The notes under the pieces: generated by a model
What the model saw: the letters and a program-made list of their open reading frames with translations, nothing else
The model's database searches: none
What the model was told of the DNA's origin: nothing
From: Acidobacteriota bacterium
GTDB lineage: Bacteria; Acidobacteriota; UBA6911; RPQK01; JAJDTT01
Reading direction: 5' to 3'
Length of the DNA: 64,000 nt
Assembly: GCA_965217775.1 (NCBI GenBank)
Contig: CBDCJH010000002.1
Span: 96,001 to 160,000 of the forward strand
Position numbers and translations under genes: made by a program
Shown: positions 1 to 9,900 of the stretch, piece by piece
Numbering within the stretch: position 1 is the stretch's first letter
Layout of the letters: each line of letters opens with the position of its first letter

Positions 1-109
1 GGCCATGGGTCCCATGCTCTTCTACCTGCACCACGTAGGGCTGGACGACAGGGAGCTGGCTCTGGTCTGCGAGGGTAACCTGCTGAGAATTCTGGGAGTG
101 GAATCATGA
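1..109 (+). CDS. 3' end of probable amidohydrolase-family protein (partial)
   Basis: Frame from nt 2 reads AMGPMLFYLHHVGLDDRELALVCEGNLLRILGVES*, resembling the amidohydro_2 C-terminus (GN..RILG). Its stop overlaps the next ATG (ATGA). Confidence 0.6.
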   Translation, partial: AMGPMLFYLHHVGLDDRELALVCEGNLLRILGVES

Positions 110-858
110 TCGACGGCGTGCGAGTGATCGATTTTCATGGACATGTGGGGGCCAACGACATCATGGGGATGGTGGATGATCCCGACCTGATGCTGCACGC
201 CATGGATGCCGGCGGCATCGATGTCTCCTGTCTGTTCAACATCTACTATCCGGATGGAACGACGGGCAACGACATGACGGCCCGGTTCGTGGCCCGGCAT
301 CCCGACCGCTTCGTGGGCTTCGCCTACGTCTGTCCCCTGATGCCGGCCGACAGCATGGTGGCCGAGCTGGAGCGGGCCATCGACACCCTGGGGCTGGTCG
401 CCATCAAGCTCTATCCCTCCTTCGTCCCCTGGTCCCTGGAACATCCCGTCTGGGACCCCATCTACGAATTCGCCAACGAGCGGGAGTTGGCCCTCATCCA
501 TCACACCGGAACCGAGTGGCAGGCCTATCCCAAGTTCCTGGCCGACGTGGCGCCCCGTTTCCCCAAGGTCAAATTCGTCTCGGGGCACTCGGGGAACACG
601 CCGGTGGAACGGGCGCAGGCCATCGCCGCGGCCCAGGCCAACGAGAACGTCTACCTGGAGACCTGCTCCACTTTCCGGACTCCGGGAGTCATCGAGCAAC
701 TGGTGGAGGAGGGCGGGGCCGACCGGGTGCTCTTCGGCTCGGACACCCCCCTCATGGACCCTCGCCCGCAACTGGGGAAGATCATCACGGCCCAGATCTC
801 CGACGAGGCCAAACGTCTGGCCCTGGGCGGAAACGCCGCCCGGATCCTGGGGATCTGA
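106..858 (+). CDS. amidohydrolase_2 family metal-dependent hydrolase
   Basis: IDFHGH (HxH), IKLYP, HHTG, GHSG, LFGSDTP and GGNAARILG motifs. Confidence 0.9.
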   Translation: MIDGVRVIDFHGHVGANDIMGMVDDPDLMLHAMDAGGIDVSCLFNIYYPDGTTGNDMTARFVARHPDRFVGFAYVCPLMPADSMVAELERAIDTLGLVAIKLYPSFVPWSLEHPVWDPIYEFANERELALIHHTGTEWQAYPKFLADVAPRFPKVKFVSGHSGNTPVERAQAIAAAQANENVYLETCSTFRTPGVIEQLVEEGGADRVLFGSDTPLMDPRPQLGKIITAQISDEAKRLALGGNAARILGI

Positions 859-924
859 GGTCCGTCCGGCCGCAGTCGGCGCGGCCGCAAACTGCTAGGC
901 CGGGAACCCGTTGGAGACGATGAT

Positions 925-2208
925 TTGGAGGAGGACCGCAGATCCTGGGAAATCGGTGCCGGAGACGCCGCGTTGGCGACGCCGGCCATGGACCGGTACA
1001 ACGGCCGGATCCTCATTCTTAAGTCGTTCCTGATCTATTTCGCCGCGCCCGTCGTCTACATCGGCATTGTCCAGGCGGCCCTGTGCGACCGCCTCGGCGC
1101 CGGCGCCACGGTGGCCAACCTGCCCGCCTCCGCCTATCTCCTGGGATCGGTGGCCCCCCTGGTTCTCTCCTGGCTCATTCCCCATCGGTGGACCCGCCCC
1201 ACGCTGGTGGTCGCCTACCTGGTGACCATGTCCGCCTTCCTGATGGTTCTGGCCACGCTGATTCTCCCCGTCTCCAATACGGTGCGGTTGTGGGCCGTGG
1301 TGGGCCAGGGTTTGATTCAGGGCGTTTCGGCATCGGTGGCCCACGTCTACGGTTTCCAATGCCTGAAGCGCGGCACGACCCCCAAGGGCCGGGCCAGGGC
1401 GTTGAAGTGGGCCTACGCGGTGTCGCCGCTGGCTGGTGTGGCGGGCTCCCTCTGGGCTCAGTTCGTCCTGGGAGGAGGCATCGCGGGGCTTGCCTTCCCC
1501 TATGACTTCGGCCTCCTCTACCTGACAGGAGTGCCGTGTATGGTGGCCATCTCTGTCTTGTCCAGTCGCTATCGCCTGCTGGACATCCATGAGGACAAGC
1601 CGCCCAACCTGCTTCCCTACCTCTGGCGGAGTCTCCGTTCCTTCTGGACCCTCCGGATTCTGCTCCTAGTCTGGCTAGCGTATTTCTTCTGGTATCTGAC
1701 CATCAACACCATGCCCAACCTGTCGCTCTACTCCCGGGAGGCATTGGGGCGGGAGCCCCAGGAACTCTCGGGCTGGATGATGGCCCTGCGCTTCGGATTC
1801 AAATGCGTGGGGGGATTCCTGCTGGGGGTGATCGCCATCCGATGGGGCATGCGAGCCCCGCTTTTGACCTGTGCCGGTCTCGTGGCCGCCGCCGTCCTCT
1901 GGGCCTGGTTCATCCCCGGGCACCTGTACCTGCTGGCCTTCGGCATCATGGGAGCCGGAGAGTTGGGAGGCGTCTACTTTCCCAACTACGTCATCAGCGT
2001 CTCTTCGGCCGGCGACTCCACCCGCAATCTGGCCATCCTCTCGCTGGTGACCCCGGTGAGCAGCCTGGGACCGGCGCTGCACGGCGGCCTCGCCGACACG
2101 CTCGGTTTCCCGGCCAGCTTCCTCTTCGGCGTGACGACGGCACTGATATCCTTGACCCTGATCCTGAGGCTCTCGCCCCAATCGTCCCCGGTCCGCCCCG
2201 GACCATGA
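925..2208 (+). CDS. MFS-type membrane transporter
   Basis: 427 aa with about 12 hydrophobic segments in two halves; co-oriented with the amidohydrolases. Confidence 0.7.
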   Translation: MEEDRRSWEIGAGDAALATPAMDRYNGRILILKSFLIYFAAPVVYIGIVQAALCDRLGAGATVANLPASAYLLGSVAPLVLSWLIPHRWTRPTLVVAYLVTMSAFLMVLATLILPVSNTVRLWAVVGQGLIQGVSASVAHVYGFQCLKRGTTPKGRARALKWAYAVSPLAGVAGSLWAQFVLGGGIAGLAFPYDFGLLYLTGVPCMVAISVLSSRYRLLDIHEDKPPNLLPYLWRSLRSFWTLRILLLVWLAYFFWYLTINTMPNLSLYSREALGREPQELSGWMMALRFGFKCVGGFLLGVIAIRWGMRAPLLTCAGLVAAAVLWAWFIPGHLYLLAFGIMGAGELGGVYFPNYVISVSSAGDSTRNLAILSLVTPVSSLGPALHGGLADTLGFPASFLFGVTTALISLTLILRLSPQSSPVRPGP

Positions 2209-2271
2209 GAGTAATGGGTGCCGGGAGTTCCTAATTCCAAAAATCTTGTGCAAATGGACGAAGAATTTTCG

Positions 2272-2289
2272 GTAGGGGCGCCTCTTGTG
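2272..2289 (+). repeat. GTAG-type REP half-site (left flank of IS481 element)
   Basis: GTAGGGGCGCCTCTTGTG; inverted counterpart at 5512-5529; complete relative at 59838-59862. Confidence 0.6.
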
Positions 2290-2380
2290 TGTACGGTATC
2301 AGGACATCGTTTACAGTTTGTATCAGGACATCCTTTACACATCAGGGTGAGAAGTAGCCTTCTTTGGGTAGGAGGTGAAG

Positions 2381-3532
2381 ATGCCCTGGAAAGTGACGAA
2401 TGTGATGGATCAGAAGATCCGTTTCGTACTTCGGGCCGTGCAGCCTGGGGCCAACATGAGCGCCCTGTGTCGGGAGTTTCAGATCAGTCGGCCGACAGGT
2501 TACAAGTGGCTGAAGAGGTATCGGGAAGCCCACAGCGTGACCGGACTGGAGGAGCGCTCCCGGCGGCCCCGGCACAGTCCGGCGAGAACGGCGGCGGCGG
2601 TGGAAGCTCGGGTGGTGGAACTGCGGCGGCAATACGGGTGGGGAGGCAAGAAGCTGCAGGTGCTGCTGGAGCGCGAAGGCGTGTCCTTGAGTGTCCCGAC
2701 GGTGAATCGGATTCTGCGGCGGCAGGGCGAGTTGGGGGAATACCAGGCGCAACGGCCGGCACCGCAACGATTCGAACGATCCCAGCCCAACGAGTTGTGG
2801 CAAATGGACTTCAAGGGGCCGTTTCAGGGCCCCGAAGGGCCGTGTCATCCGCTCTCGATCCTGGACGACTGCTCGCGGTATTCGGTGGGGTTGTATGGTT
2901 TGCCGACCACGCAAATGGATCCGGTGCAAACCTGTCTACGAAGGACCTTTGAGGGCTACGGAGTGCCGGAGGCCATGCTGATGGACCATGGGGCCCCTTG
3001 GTGGAGTACCAGCAATGGATGGGGGCTGACGCGATTGAGCGTGGAATTGATCAAGCAAGGGATCGACCTGATCTACGGGCGAGTCCGGCACCCGCAGACG
3101 CAGGGGAAGGTGGAACGATTTCATCGCACTTTGAGCGACTCGGTGGCGCACCGGGGGCGACCGCAACGGTGGCAGGAGTGGGAGCGATTTCTGCAGGACT
3201 TTCGCCAGGAATACAATCAGGTTCGACCCCATGAGTCGCTGCGGATGGAGGTCCCGGCCCAACACTACCGTCGCAGTACGCGTGGCTACGATCGGGACCC
3301 GGCTCCCTGGGAGTATCCCCGGGGGCTGCAGGTGAAACGGCTCAATCGCCGGGGGTGTTTGAGCGCGGGCGGGGACCGTTACTTTGTGTGTGAGTCCTTG
3401 GCGGAGGAGTGGGTGGGCGTGGAAGAGTTGGAAGACAAGCTGCTGGTCCGCTACCGGCACCTGTACATCCGTGAAGTCCACTTGCAGACCCGGCAGACGC
3501 GAGCTCTGGTCTGGCGGGTGGGGCAGGACTGA
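2381..3532 (+). CDS. IS481-family transposase (HTH + rve DDE core)
   Basis: MPWK start after GGAGG RBS; SALCREFQISRPTGYKW HTH; WQMDFKG, ILDDCSRY, MDHGAPW, HPQTQGKVERFHRTL and YNQVRPHESL motifs. Confidence 0.95.
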   Translation: MPWKVTNVMDQKIRFVLRAVQPGANMSALCREFQISRPTGYKWLKRYREAHSVTGLEERSRRPRHSPARTAAAVEARVVELRRQYGWGGKKLQVLLEREGVSLSVPTVNRILRRQGELGEYQAQRPAPQRFERSQPNELWQMDFKGPFQGPEGPCHPLSILDDCSRYSVGLYGLPTTQMDPVQTCLRRTFEGYGVPEAMLMDHGAPWWSTSNGWGLTRLSVELIKQGIDLIYGRVRHPQTQGKVERFHRTLSDSVAHRGRPQRWQEWERFLQDFRQEYNQVRPHESLRMEVPAQHYRRSTRGYDRDPAPWEYPRGLQVKRLNRRGCLSAGGDRYFVCESLAEEWVGVEELEDKLLVRYRHLYIREVHLQTRQTRALVWRVGQD

Positions 3533-3941
3533 AGGGTGTGGGCGGCGCGGGAGGAGGGCACCGAAGTGGCCGTCGAGAACGGTCCCCTTCCGGTTCCTGG
3601 CGAGGCCGTTCGGGGGGGGAGCCACAAGGAGGGGTTCGAGAGATTCGCCGAGGGGCCGGGATGGGGCTGCGGAGCGTCTGGAGGACCCGCAGGAGACGCC
3701 CGGTTGGGGAGCGACGAGAGGGGGCTGGTGCGAGACGATCGGGGACGGGGGAGGCGCCAGGCCGCGATCGCATGGCCGTGGGGAGTCCGCCGCCGGCCGG
3801 TCGGTCACTGGATCAAGCCGCCTGGGGGTCACCCGCCCGGTGTGGCCGCAGCGGATTTCCGGTTGCCGTGGGGCCAGCCGTCGGTGCTCATGGAGGTGAT
3901 GGGGGACCTGAATGTCAATGGCCACTGAACATTGCACACAT

Positions 3942-3993
3942 CGCTGGAGACCCCGTGGCGGTCGCGGCCGCGACCGCCACGGGGTCTCCAGCG
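3942..3993. repeat. perfect 52-bp palindrome
   Basis: CGCTGGAGACCCCGTGGCGGTCGCGG|CCGCGACCGCCACGGGGTCTCCAGCG, no loop. Confidence 0.95.
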
Positions 3994-4250
3994 GCCGGAT
4001 CTGGTCCCTTCATGCCTCCCTCCTTTCGGCTCCGGATTCCTGTGCGCCGACCGCTCGGGCGGCGGTCGGATGGATCGCCCTGGAGAGCTCGGCGTGGCGG
4101 AGCGGCCGGGGGGCCGGTTCGAACGGGAGCGGGAATGGCGAACTGCTGGGGCATCTTGGCCGGACTCAGGTTCGTTTCACTGCCGGAGCCGAGGGCGTTC
4201 CCGTCACCGGCGACGAAGCGGCCGAGGAGGGTGGACGCGAAACGCCGTCC

Positions 4251-4640
4251 CCGGACTTCGACTTCAGCCTCCAGCGATCGATTCAGCGGGAGCCGATCGA
4301 CTCGCTCGACGAGCTGGGCTTCGTGGAGCGAAGGGAGAACCTCGTCTTGCGGGGTCCGCCCGGGGTGGGCCCAACGTCTCGAGCCCTCCGCGGGGCCAAC
4401 GTCCAAGACCCGGATCCGTCCGGCACCCCTGGAGGGGGAGGAGATCGGCACCCTTAGGGTCCGCCCGAGCGGCGCGGTTCGGTTGGTCCAACGGGGGAAC
4501 CGGCGTGACGAGCCGACCTCGACGGAGTTGACCTGGAACCCGGCTCTTGAGCCCTGGGGCCAGATCCTGGGAGAGCAGGTGATGGCGGTGCTGGTGAACC
4601 GGGTTCGGCCCTGCGGCCACAGCGACCGGCGGCGCCGTGC
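4251..4640 (+). pseudogene. istB: istB (IS21 helper ATPase) pseudogene
   Basis: DFDFSLQRSIQREPIDSLDELGFVERRENLVLRGPPGVG (Walker A region). After a frame change: EEIGTLRVRPSGAVRLVQRGNRRDEPTSTELTWNPALEPWGQILGEQVMAVLVNR, a degenerate DEIGYLP..STILTSN..WG..GD.VMA..DR. Confidence 0.8.
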
Positions 4641-4920
4641 CGCCGAGCTCTCCAAGGGGGCGCCATCCGGGCGCCCTCCGAAGATGGGGTGAAGCTCTCG
4701 CCGTCGGAGCAACCGTGTCCTGAAGGCCGTCCCTTCTCAATGGCCATGGACACGGTCCGCCCAGGGCTGCGGGAGCGGGAAGGAGGGGGGCATGACGGGA
4801 CCCCGGCCGGCTACGGGGTCTCCCGCGATGGATGCCATTTTTGCGGCCGATTGACAGGGCCGGGATTCCGGCCTGTCCCCAGCGTCCGGAACCGTCACGC
4901 CGGCCGTCGGTGCGATTCGG

Positions 4921-4964
4921 AGCGAGCCTGGGGCGCCGGGTGCACCCGGCGCCCCAGGCTCGCT
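4921..4964. repeat. perfect 44-bp palindrome
   Basis: AGCGAGCCTGGGGCGCCGGGTG|CACCCGGCGCCCCAGGCTCGCT. Confidence 0.95.
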
Positions 4965-5126
4965 GTTGCAGACCCCCGCCGGCTCTGTTTTGCATGGACG
5001 TGATCCCGCCCTTGGCTGCAACCGGCAGCCGCCCTGCCTCCCCCTGACCGAAGCGGAATGACCACCGAGACCCACTTGAACCAGATGACCCAACCGTCCA
5101 CCCAAACGCGATCCCTTCAACCTACC

Positions 5127-5295
5127 GGTCCGCCCGAGCGGCGCGGTTCGGTTGGTCCAACGGGGGAACCGGCGTGACGAGCCGACCTCGACGGAGCTGA
5201 CCTGGAACCCGGGTCTTGCGCCCTGGGACCAGATCCTGGGGGGTGGTGGCGGCCCTTCTGGACCGAGACTTGTCCTGCGGCCACAGCGACCGGCG
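5127..5295 (+). pseudogene. istB: second degenerate istB 3' fragment (direct repeat of 4458-4631)
   Basis: About 110 bp near-identical to 4458-4570, plus shared CCTGCGGCCACAGCGACCGGCG. Confidence 0.75.
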
Positions 5296-5511
5296 ACGCC
5301 GCCCCGCGGAACGCTCCAGGACGATCCATCCGACGACCGCGCGAGCGGTTCGCCCAGAGGACTCCGGACCGAGAAGGCGGGGCTCCTGCGATGTATGCAG
5401 TTCTCGATGGCCCGAAGTGTGCAATTTTCGATGGTCATTGACACAACGGCCATGGACCAGCTGTAAAGGATGTCCTGATACAACTTGTAAAGGATGTCTT
5501 GATACCAAACA

Positions 5512-5529
5512 CACAAGGGTCGCCCCTAC
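5512..5529 (-). repeat. GTAG-type REP half-site (right flank of IS481 element)
   Basis: CACAAGGGTCGCCCCTAC, the reverse complement of GTAGGGGCGACCCTTGTG. Confidence 0.6.
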
Positions 5530-5723
5530 GAGAACTTCTCCCATTTTCGGTAAATTCGGCCGATTCCACTTGTCGAATCTTCTGACTCTCCTGCTTTCAA
5601 CCACTTGCGGAGATTTGACCTGATATTTTGGGGGAACTCCTGTCGGGCGGGCCGGTGCTTGAGTGCAGGCTACGGACGGAACTATGCTCTGGTTGATAGG
5701 AAAAAGACCGGAAAGGAGACCTT

Positions 5724-6179
5724 ATGGCGATCTGGCGGAGAGACCGCGACGTGGTCCGGGACGAGGATGAACGTTCGGAGAAAGCCACTCCCACCTCCGA
5801 TGAAGAGTGGAAACAGACCCTAACGGCGGAGCAGTACTACGTCTGCAGGGTGAAGGGGACCGAGCCCCCATTTTCCGGCAAGTACTACGCCAACAAGGCC
5901 GACGGCTCCTATCTTTGCGTGGCCTGCGGGAGCGAGCTCTTCAGCTCGGACACCAAGTTCGATTCGGGGACCGGTTGGCCCAGCTTTTGGGCTCCCGTCG
6001 AGAAAGAGCGGGTCGCCATGGAGACGGACGACAGCTACGGGATGAGGAGAGTCGAGGTGCTGTGCCGCGGTTGTGGGTCTCACCTGGGACACGTCTTCGA
6101 TGACGGCCCCCGTCCCACCGGCCTTCGCTTCTGTATCAATTCGGCGGCCCTGGACTTCAAGGAAAAACCAGGCAAATAA
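5724..6179 (+). CDS. msrB: peptide-methionine (R)-S-oxide reductase MsrB
   Basis: [50 protein letters not shown]; AAGGAG RBS. Confidence 0.97.
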   Translation: MAIWRRDRDVVRDEDERSEKATPTSDEEWKQTLTAEQYYVCRVKGTEPPFSGKYYANKADGSYLCVACGSELFSSDTKFDSGTGWPSFWAPVEKERVAMETDDSYGMRRVEVLCRGCGSHLGHVFDDGPRPTGLRFCINSAALDFKEKPGK

Positions 6180-6300
6180 CCGGGCCTTCCAGCTTTCCCT
6201 CCCGCGGCGCCGGGTCTTCCCGTGTTTTTTGATCCCGCGACGTTTTATACGAGGGATGCTTCGCACGACACCGGGCGGTGGTTGGGTGCGCGAGGGACGG

Positions 6301-6690
6301 GTGTCCCCGATCCTCGCCTGGCTCTGGAATCGACGCTTCAACCCCTCTCATGGCGACCTGGGCCGCTGGGGCGAGTGGATCGCACTGCGGCACCTGCTGG
6401 CCATGGGATGGGACGTGGTGGCCCGGAATTGGAGAGTCCGGCGGGGCGAGGTGGACCTGATCGCCTGGCACGATTCCTGGCTCGTCTTCGTGGAGGTGAA
6501 GACGAGTCTTCTCCCCTCTCCGTTTCTGCCGGAGGAGCGTGTGGACACGGAGAAGCAACGCCGGCTGGAGCGCCTCGCCTACGAGTTCGTCTGGCGCCAC
6601 GAATTGGAGGAATCGCCGGTGCGATTGGACGTTATCGCCGTCGAGACTCGGGACCAGGTTCGTTTCCGGCTCCGGCACTACGTTCTGTAA
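6301..6690 (+). CDS. yraN: YraN family (UPF0102) endonuclease-fold protein; start 6301 (GTG) or 6256
   Basis: GRWGE..A, RNWR...GEVDLIA, LVFVEVK, EKQRRL and VRLDVIAV motifs. Confidence 0.9.
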   Translation: MSPILAWLWNRRFNPSHGDLGRWGEWIALRHLLAMGWDVVARNWRVRRGEVDLIAWHDSWLVFVEVKTSLLPSPFLPEERVDTEKQRRLERLAYEFVWRHELEESPVRLDVIAVETRDQVRFRLRHYVL

Positions 6691-6705
6691 GGGGCCCGTC
6701 GTTGA

Positions 6706-6927
6706 GTCTCCGCTGCCGCGATTCAGGTTCCGCTCGCATCGACGATTCGTGATGCGGACCCCAGCGATTCAGAGGAGCGCTGGTTGACCGTGGGCGAAAC
6801 CCTGTAAGGCCAGTTGTCGGTCGTGTATCAAACTTGGCGAGAGATCGGAAACCGGATAAAAATGAGGATCATTTCAGCGCGATTTGCAACGCTGAACGAA
6901 CGGTGCCTGTACGAGTTGGGAAGATGA
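6706..6927 (+). pseudogene. BrnT-family toxin pseudogene (5'-truncated, internal TAA at 6805-6807)
   Basis: Frame from 6721 reads IQVPLASTIRDADPSDSEERWLTVGETL*GQLSVVYQTWREIGNRIKMRIISARFATLNERCLYELGR*, matching BrnT EER...G...VV.T.R...RIISAR.AT..ER..Y. Confidence 0.8.
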
Positions 6928-9900
6928 CGCAGGAGTACGATTTTTCTGCCGGCGAGCGTGGTAAGTTCTATCGTCCGAACGCCACGCTGAATCTGCCCCA
7001 ACCCATCCAGAAGTCCGACTGGGCGGATTCCAATAGTCCAATTTGCGCTTTCATTGCGGAGCAGACGAGGAACACTCTCCGGGCATACCGTGAGCAACCG
7101 CATCTCATCACCGAGCATGCCAACCACGAACACGATATCGCTCATGGCGGTTACGCTCATCGACAGCTCTTCGAGCTGGTCCAAAACAGTGCGGATGCGC
7201 TTGCCAACGCACCCTGCGGCAAGAGCATTCTGGTCCGCCTGACGGAAAACTATCTCTACTGCGCCGACGACGGGGACGCGATCAGTCAGGACGGGGTCCG
7301 AGCACTCATGTTCTCCCACATGTCGAGCAAGAGGAACACTAGTGAGATCGGGCGGTTCGGACTCGGCTTCAAATCGGTGCTGGGTGTTACGGATGCCCCC
7401 GAGTTCTACAGTCGCGCCGGCTCCTTTCGGTTTGATCGGGAATATGCGGCCGATTGCATGGCTCCGTTTGCTCCGGAGGGGCGCTTTCCGGTCCTCCGGT
7501 TGCCGGTTCCCATCGAGGTTCGAAAAGCGGCGGAAGGAGACGCTGAACTGGTCGAACTGATGACTTGGGCCACAAACATCGTCCGCCTGCCGCTGAAGCC
7601 GGGTGCAGGGGAGGATCTTGCGCAGCAGGTCCGCGGTTTTCCGCCGGAATTTCTCCTGTTTGTCGACCATGTCCGGTATCTGACCCTTGAAGGCGAGGAA
7701 CGGTCTCGGGATTTCATTCTGGAAAGGTTCAACGGCGAGCTTCGCCTCGATACCAGCGCGGGGTCTTCGCGGTGGAAGTGCTTCCAGATCACACACCAGC
7801 TTTCTGCCGAAGCCCAAGAGGACAGGCGTTCACTCGACGACAGCGGTGACGTGTCCGTCTGGTGGGCGGCGCCGTTGGACCGACTGAACGAACCGGGTTA
7901 TTTCTGGCACTTCTTCCCGACCAAGACGGCAAGTCTTCTGGCCGGGATCCTGAACGCGCCCTGGAAGACCAACGAAGACCGGCAGAACCTGTTGCCGGGT
8001 CCTTACAACGACGAGTTGATCGATGCCGCGGCGAGAATGGTGGCGAGAGGCTTGCCCAATCTGGCCGGCGAGCGGGATCCGGCACGACATCTGGATGCTC
8101 TCCCGCGCCGCTATGAAGCCGGCGACACCGAGCACAGCAACCGCCTTCGCGATCGGTTGTATGAGGAACTGCGCGGCCGGCCCGTGGTCCCCGATCAGGT
8201 CGGAACTCTGCGCAGGATACGGGGCGTTTCCTACGCGCCGTCAGCGCTGACTCAGGATCTGTCGGGGGCGGAATCGCTCCGAGAGTGGGCAGCCGCCAGT
8301 CAGCGTCCAACAGATTGGGTACACCACAGCGCACTCCGTACGAATCGGATCGCCCGGGTCAACCGGCTGTTTTCTCCGGAGCGCCGGAGTTTGACGCAGG
8401 CCCCTCGGTCGTCGATAGGAGAGTGGCTGAACGCCCTGGTCGACGGCTCGGTCGGAGCTGAGGCGATCGAGGCGTCCATGACGGCGCTCCAAGTGGCTGC
8501 GTCGATTCCGCAGGAGCTGAGGCAGGGAGCATACCTTGGCGACATTCTGCCGACGCAGAGCGGGGACTGGTGCTCGCCCGACCCGGATGGCGTGTTCCTG
8601 TCATCGTTCGAAGACGACCCGGATGCTGACGACCTCCTGGTTCATGCGCGGCTCGTGTCTGACGCAGACACTTTGGCCGCTCTGAAGGAACTTGGCCTCA
8701 AGTACGTCTCTGCCGAGAGTCATTTCCAATCCCTGGTCCGGCGGTTGTTCAGGTGGGAACGCGCATCGGTTGTAAATGGGTGGAACGAGTTCTGGGTCAC
8801 TTCGCGTGATGTGGGCACGGAAAGGGCGTACGCGATGATCAAGGCCCGGTGGGATTCGGCATGGCGGATTCAAGTGTGGACGCGGGCTCGCCATTGGCAG
8901 TCCCTGTATTCGGTCCTCCTGCCAGGTGAAATCGTGTCTTCGGCAGGCGCACGCGACAGCGACGTCACGGTCGACACCGACTTCCATCGTGCCGACCTGA
9001 AGTTGCTGGAGAGACTCGGGGTGACGGATGGGCCGAGGCCGAATCGGCAATTGTCGGGCGACCCCGCTTTCGAGTGGTTCTTGTACACCTGTCGCCGGAA
9101 GTTCACGGCTCGGGACCTTCCGAAGAAGCCGCATTGGCGCAGGCTGCAGTTCGACTCGACGGTCGGAAGTGGTCCCATGCAGGTTCTGACCCGGCTTTCC
9201 GATGAAGGCAGAGCACGATATACCGACGCCTTGCTTTCCCTGGAGACCACGTATGGCGGACGGACCCTGCGCCACGAAACTCAGCGCATCTATCCGGAGC
9301 TTCCGTGTCCGAATCCGGCGGTCGCGTTGCTGGCGGAGCATGGCCGTATCCGGTGCGCCGGTGAAATCGTTCCCCTGGCGGATGCGCTCGGTCCTCACCC
9401 CGCCAATCCTGCTGCGCTGAGTGTCCTGCTGTCGCATCCGATGGCGAGCCGAATCAGGAGAGACTTCGATCTTGCCGAGCCCGAGGTGGAACCTGTCGGC
9501 GAGGAGGACGCGGTGCCGCTGACCGACGTGTGGCCCGGTCTGGCGCCGCACCTGAGTGCGCACTCGATGACTTGTTCGCTGATCCGCTGCCTGGAACTGG
9601 TCGCGGACGGCGCCAGCGGTCCCGAATCTGCATTGGTGGACTCCAAAGTCTACCTGGTCAGGACGGATGACGAGGATCGGGAGCTGCGGCTGGTCACGCA
9701 ACGGTTGGGGCTGGATCTGAGTGACACCCAGCTCGAGAACATACGGCGATACGCAGCCCCGGAGGAAGTCGAAAGACAGCACGCGGCGATCCGGCGTCTG
9801 GCATCGGACGCCGAGAGGTTGGCCCAAGCCGTGGGGGCGGATGCCCTTCGTTCCGGTTTGCCCACGTCCCTCCTTCAGGTGCTTGAAGTCGATCGCACAC

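Larger units (their letters stand above)
3913..5443 (+). mobile_element. cluster of degenerate IS21-family remnants (non-autonomous)
   Basis: IS21-type ends TGTCAATGGCCACTGAACATTGCACAC at 3913 (+) and inverted TGTCAATGACCATCGAAAATTGCACAC ending at 5443; further inverted end-like motifs end at 4752 and 4856; istB fragments inside. Confidence 0.75.
2290..5511 (+). mobile_element. IS481-family element, enlarged (~3.2 kb) by internal IS21 remnants
   Basis: About 50-bp imperfect terminal inverted repeats TGTACGGTATCAGGACATCGTTTACAGTTTGTATCAGGACATCCTTTACA and TGTAAAGGATGTCCTGATACAACTTGTAAAGGATGTCTTGATACCAAACA, each with two tandem sub-repeats and TGT..ACA ends. Ends could alternatively be 2286/5515. 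Confidence 0.85.

Noticed and set aside
3538-4692. 384-aa ORF and overlapping ORFs in the IS cargo as real passenger genes
   Set aside because: Low-complexity Arg/Gly/Pro translation; only short degenerate IstB patches are meaningful.
6805-6807. Stop-codon recoding giving a functional BrnT
   Set aside because: The stop is TAA, other genes here end in TAA, and the BrnT N-terminus (WD..K...N..KHG) and a start codon are missing.
6834-6923. ORF-track N-terminal 30 aa of the helicase (TTG start at 6834)
   Set aside because: It overlaps the brnT reading frame; the ATGA-coupled ATG at 6924 begins a recognisable peptide.
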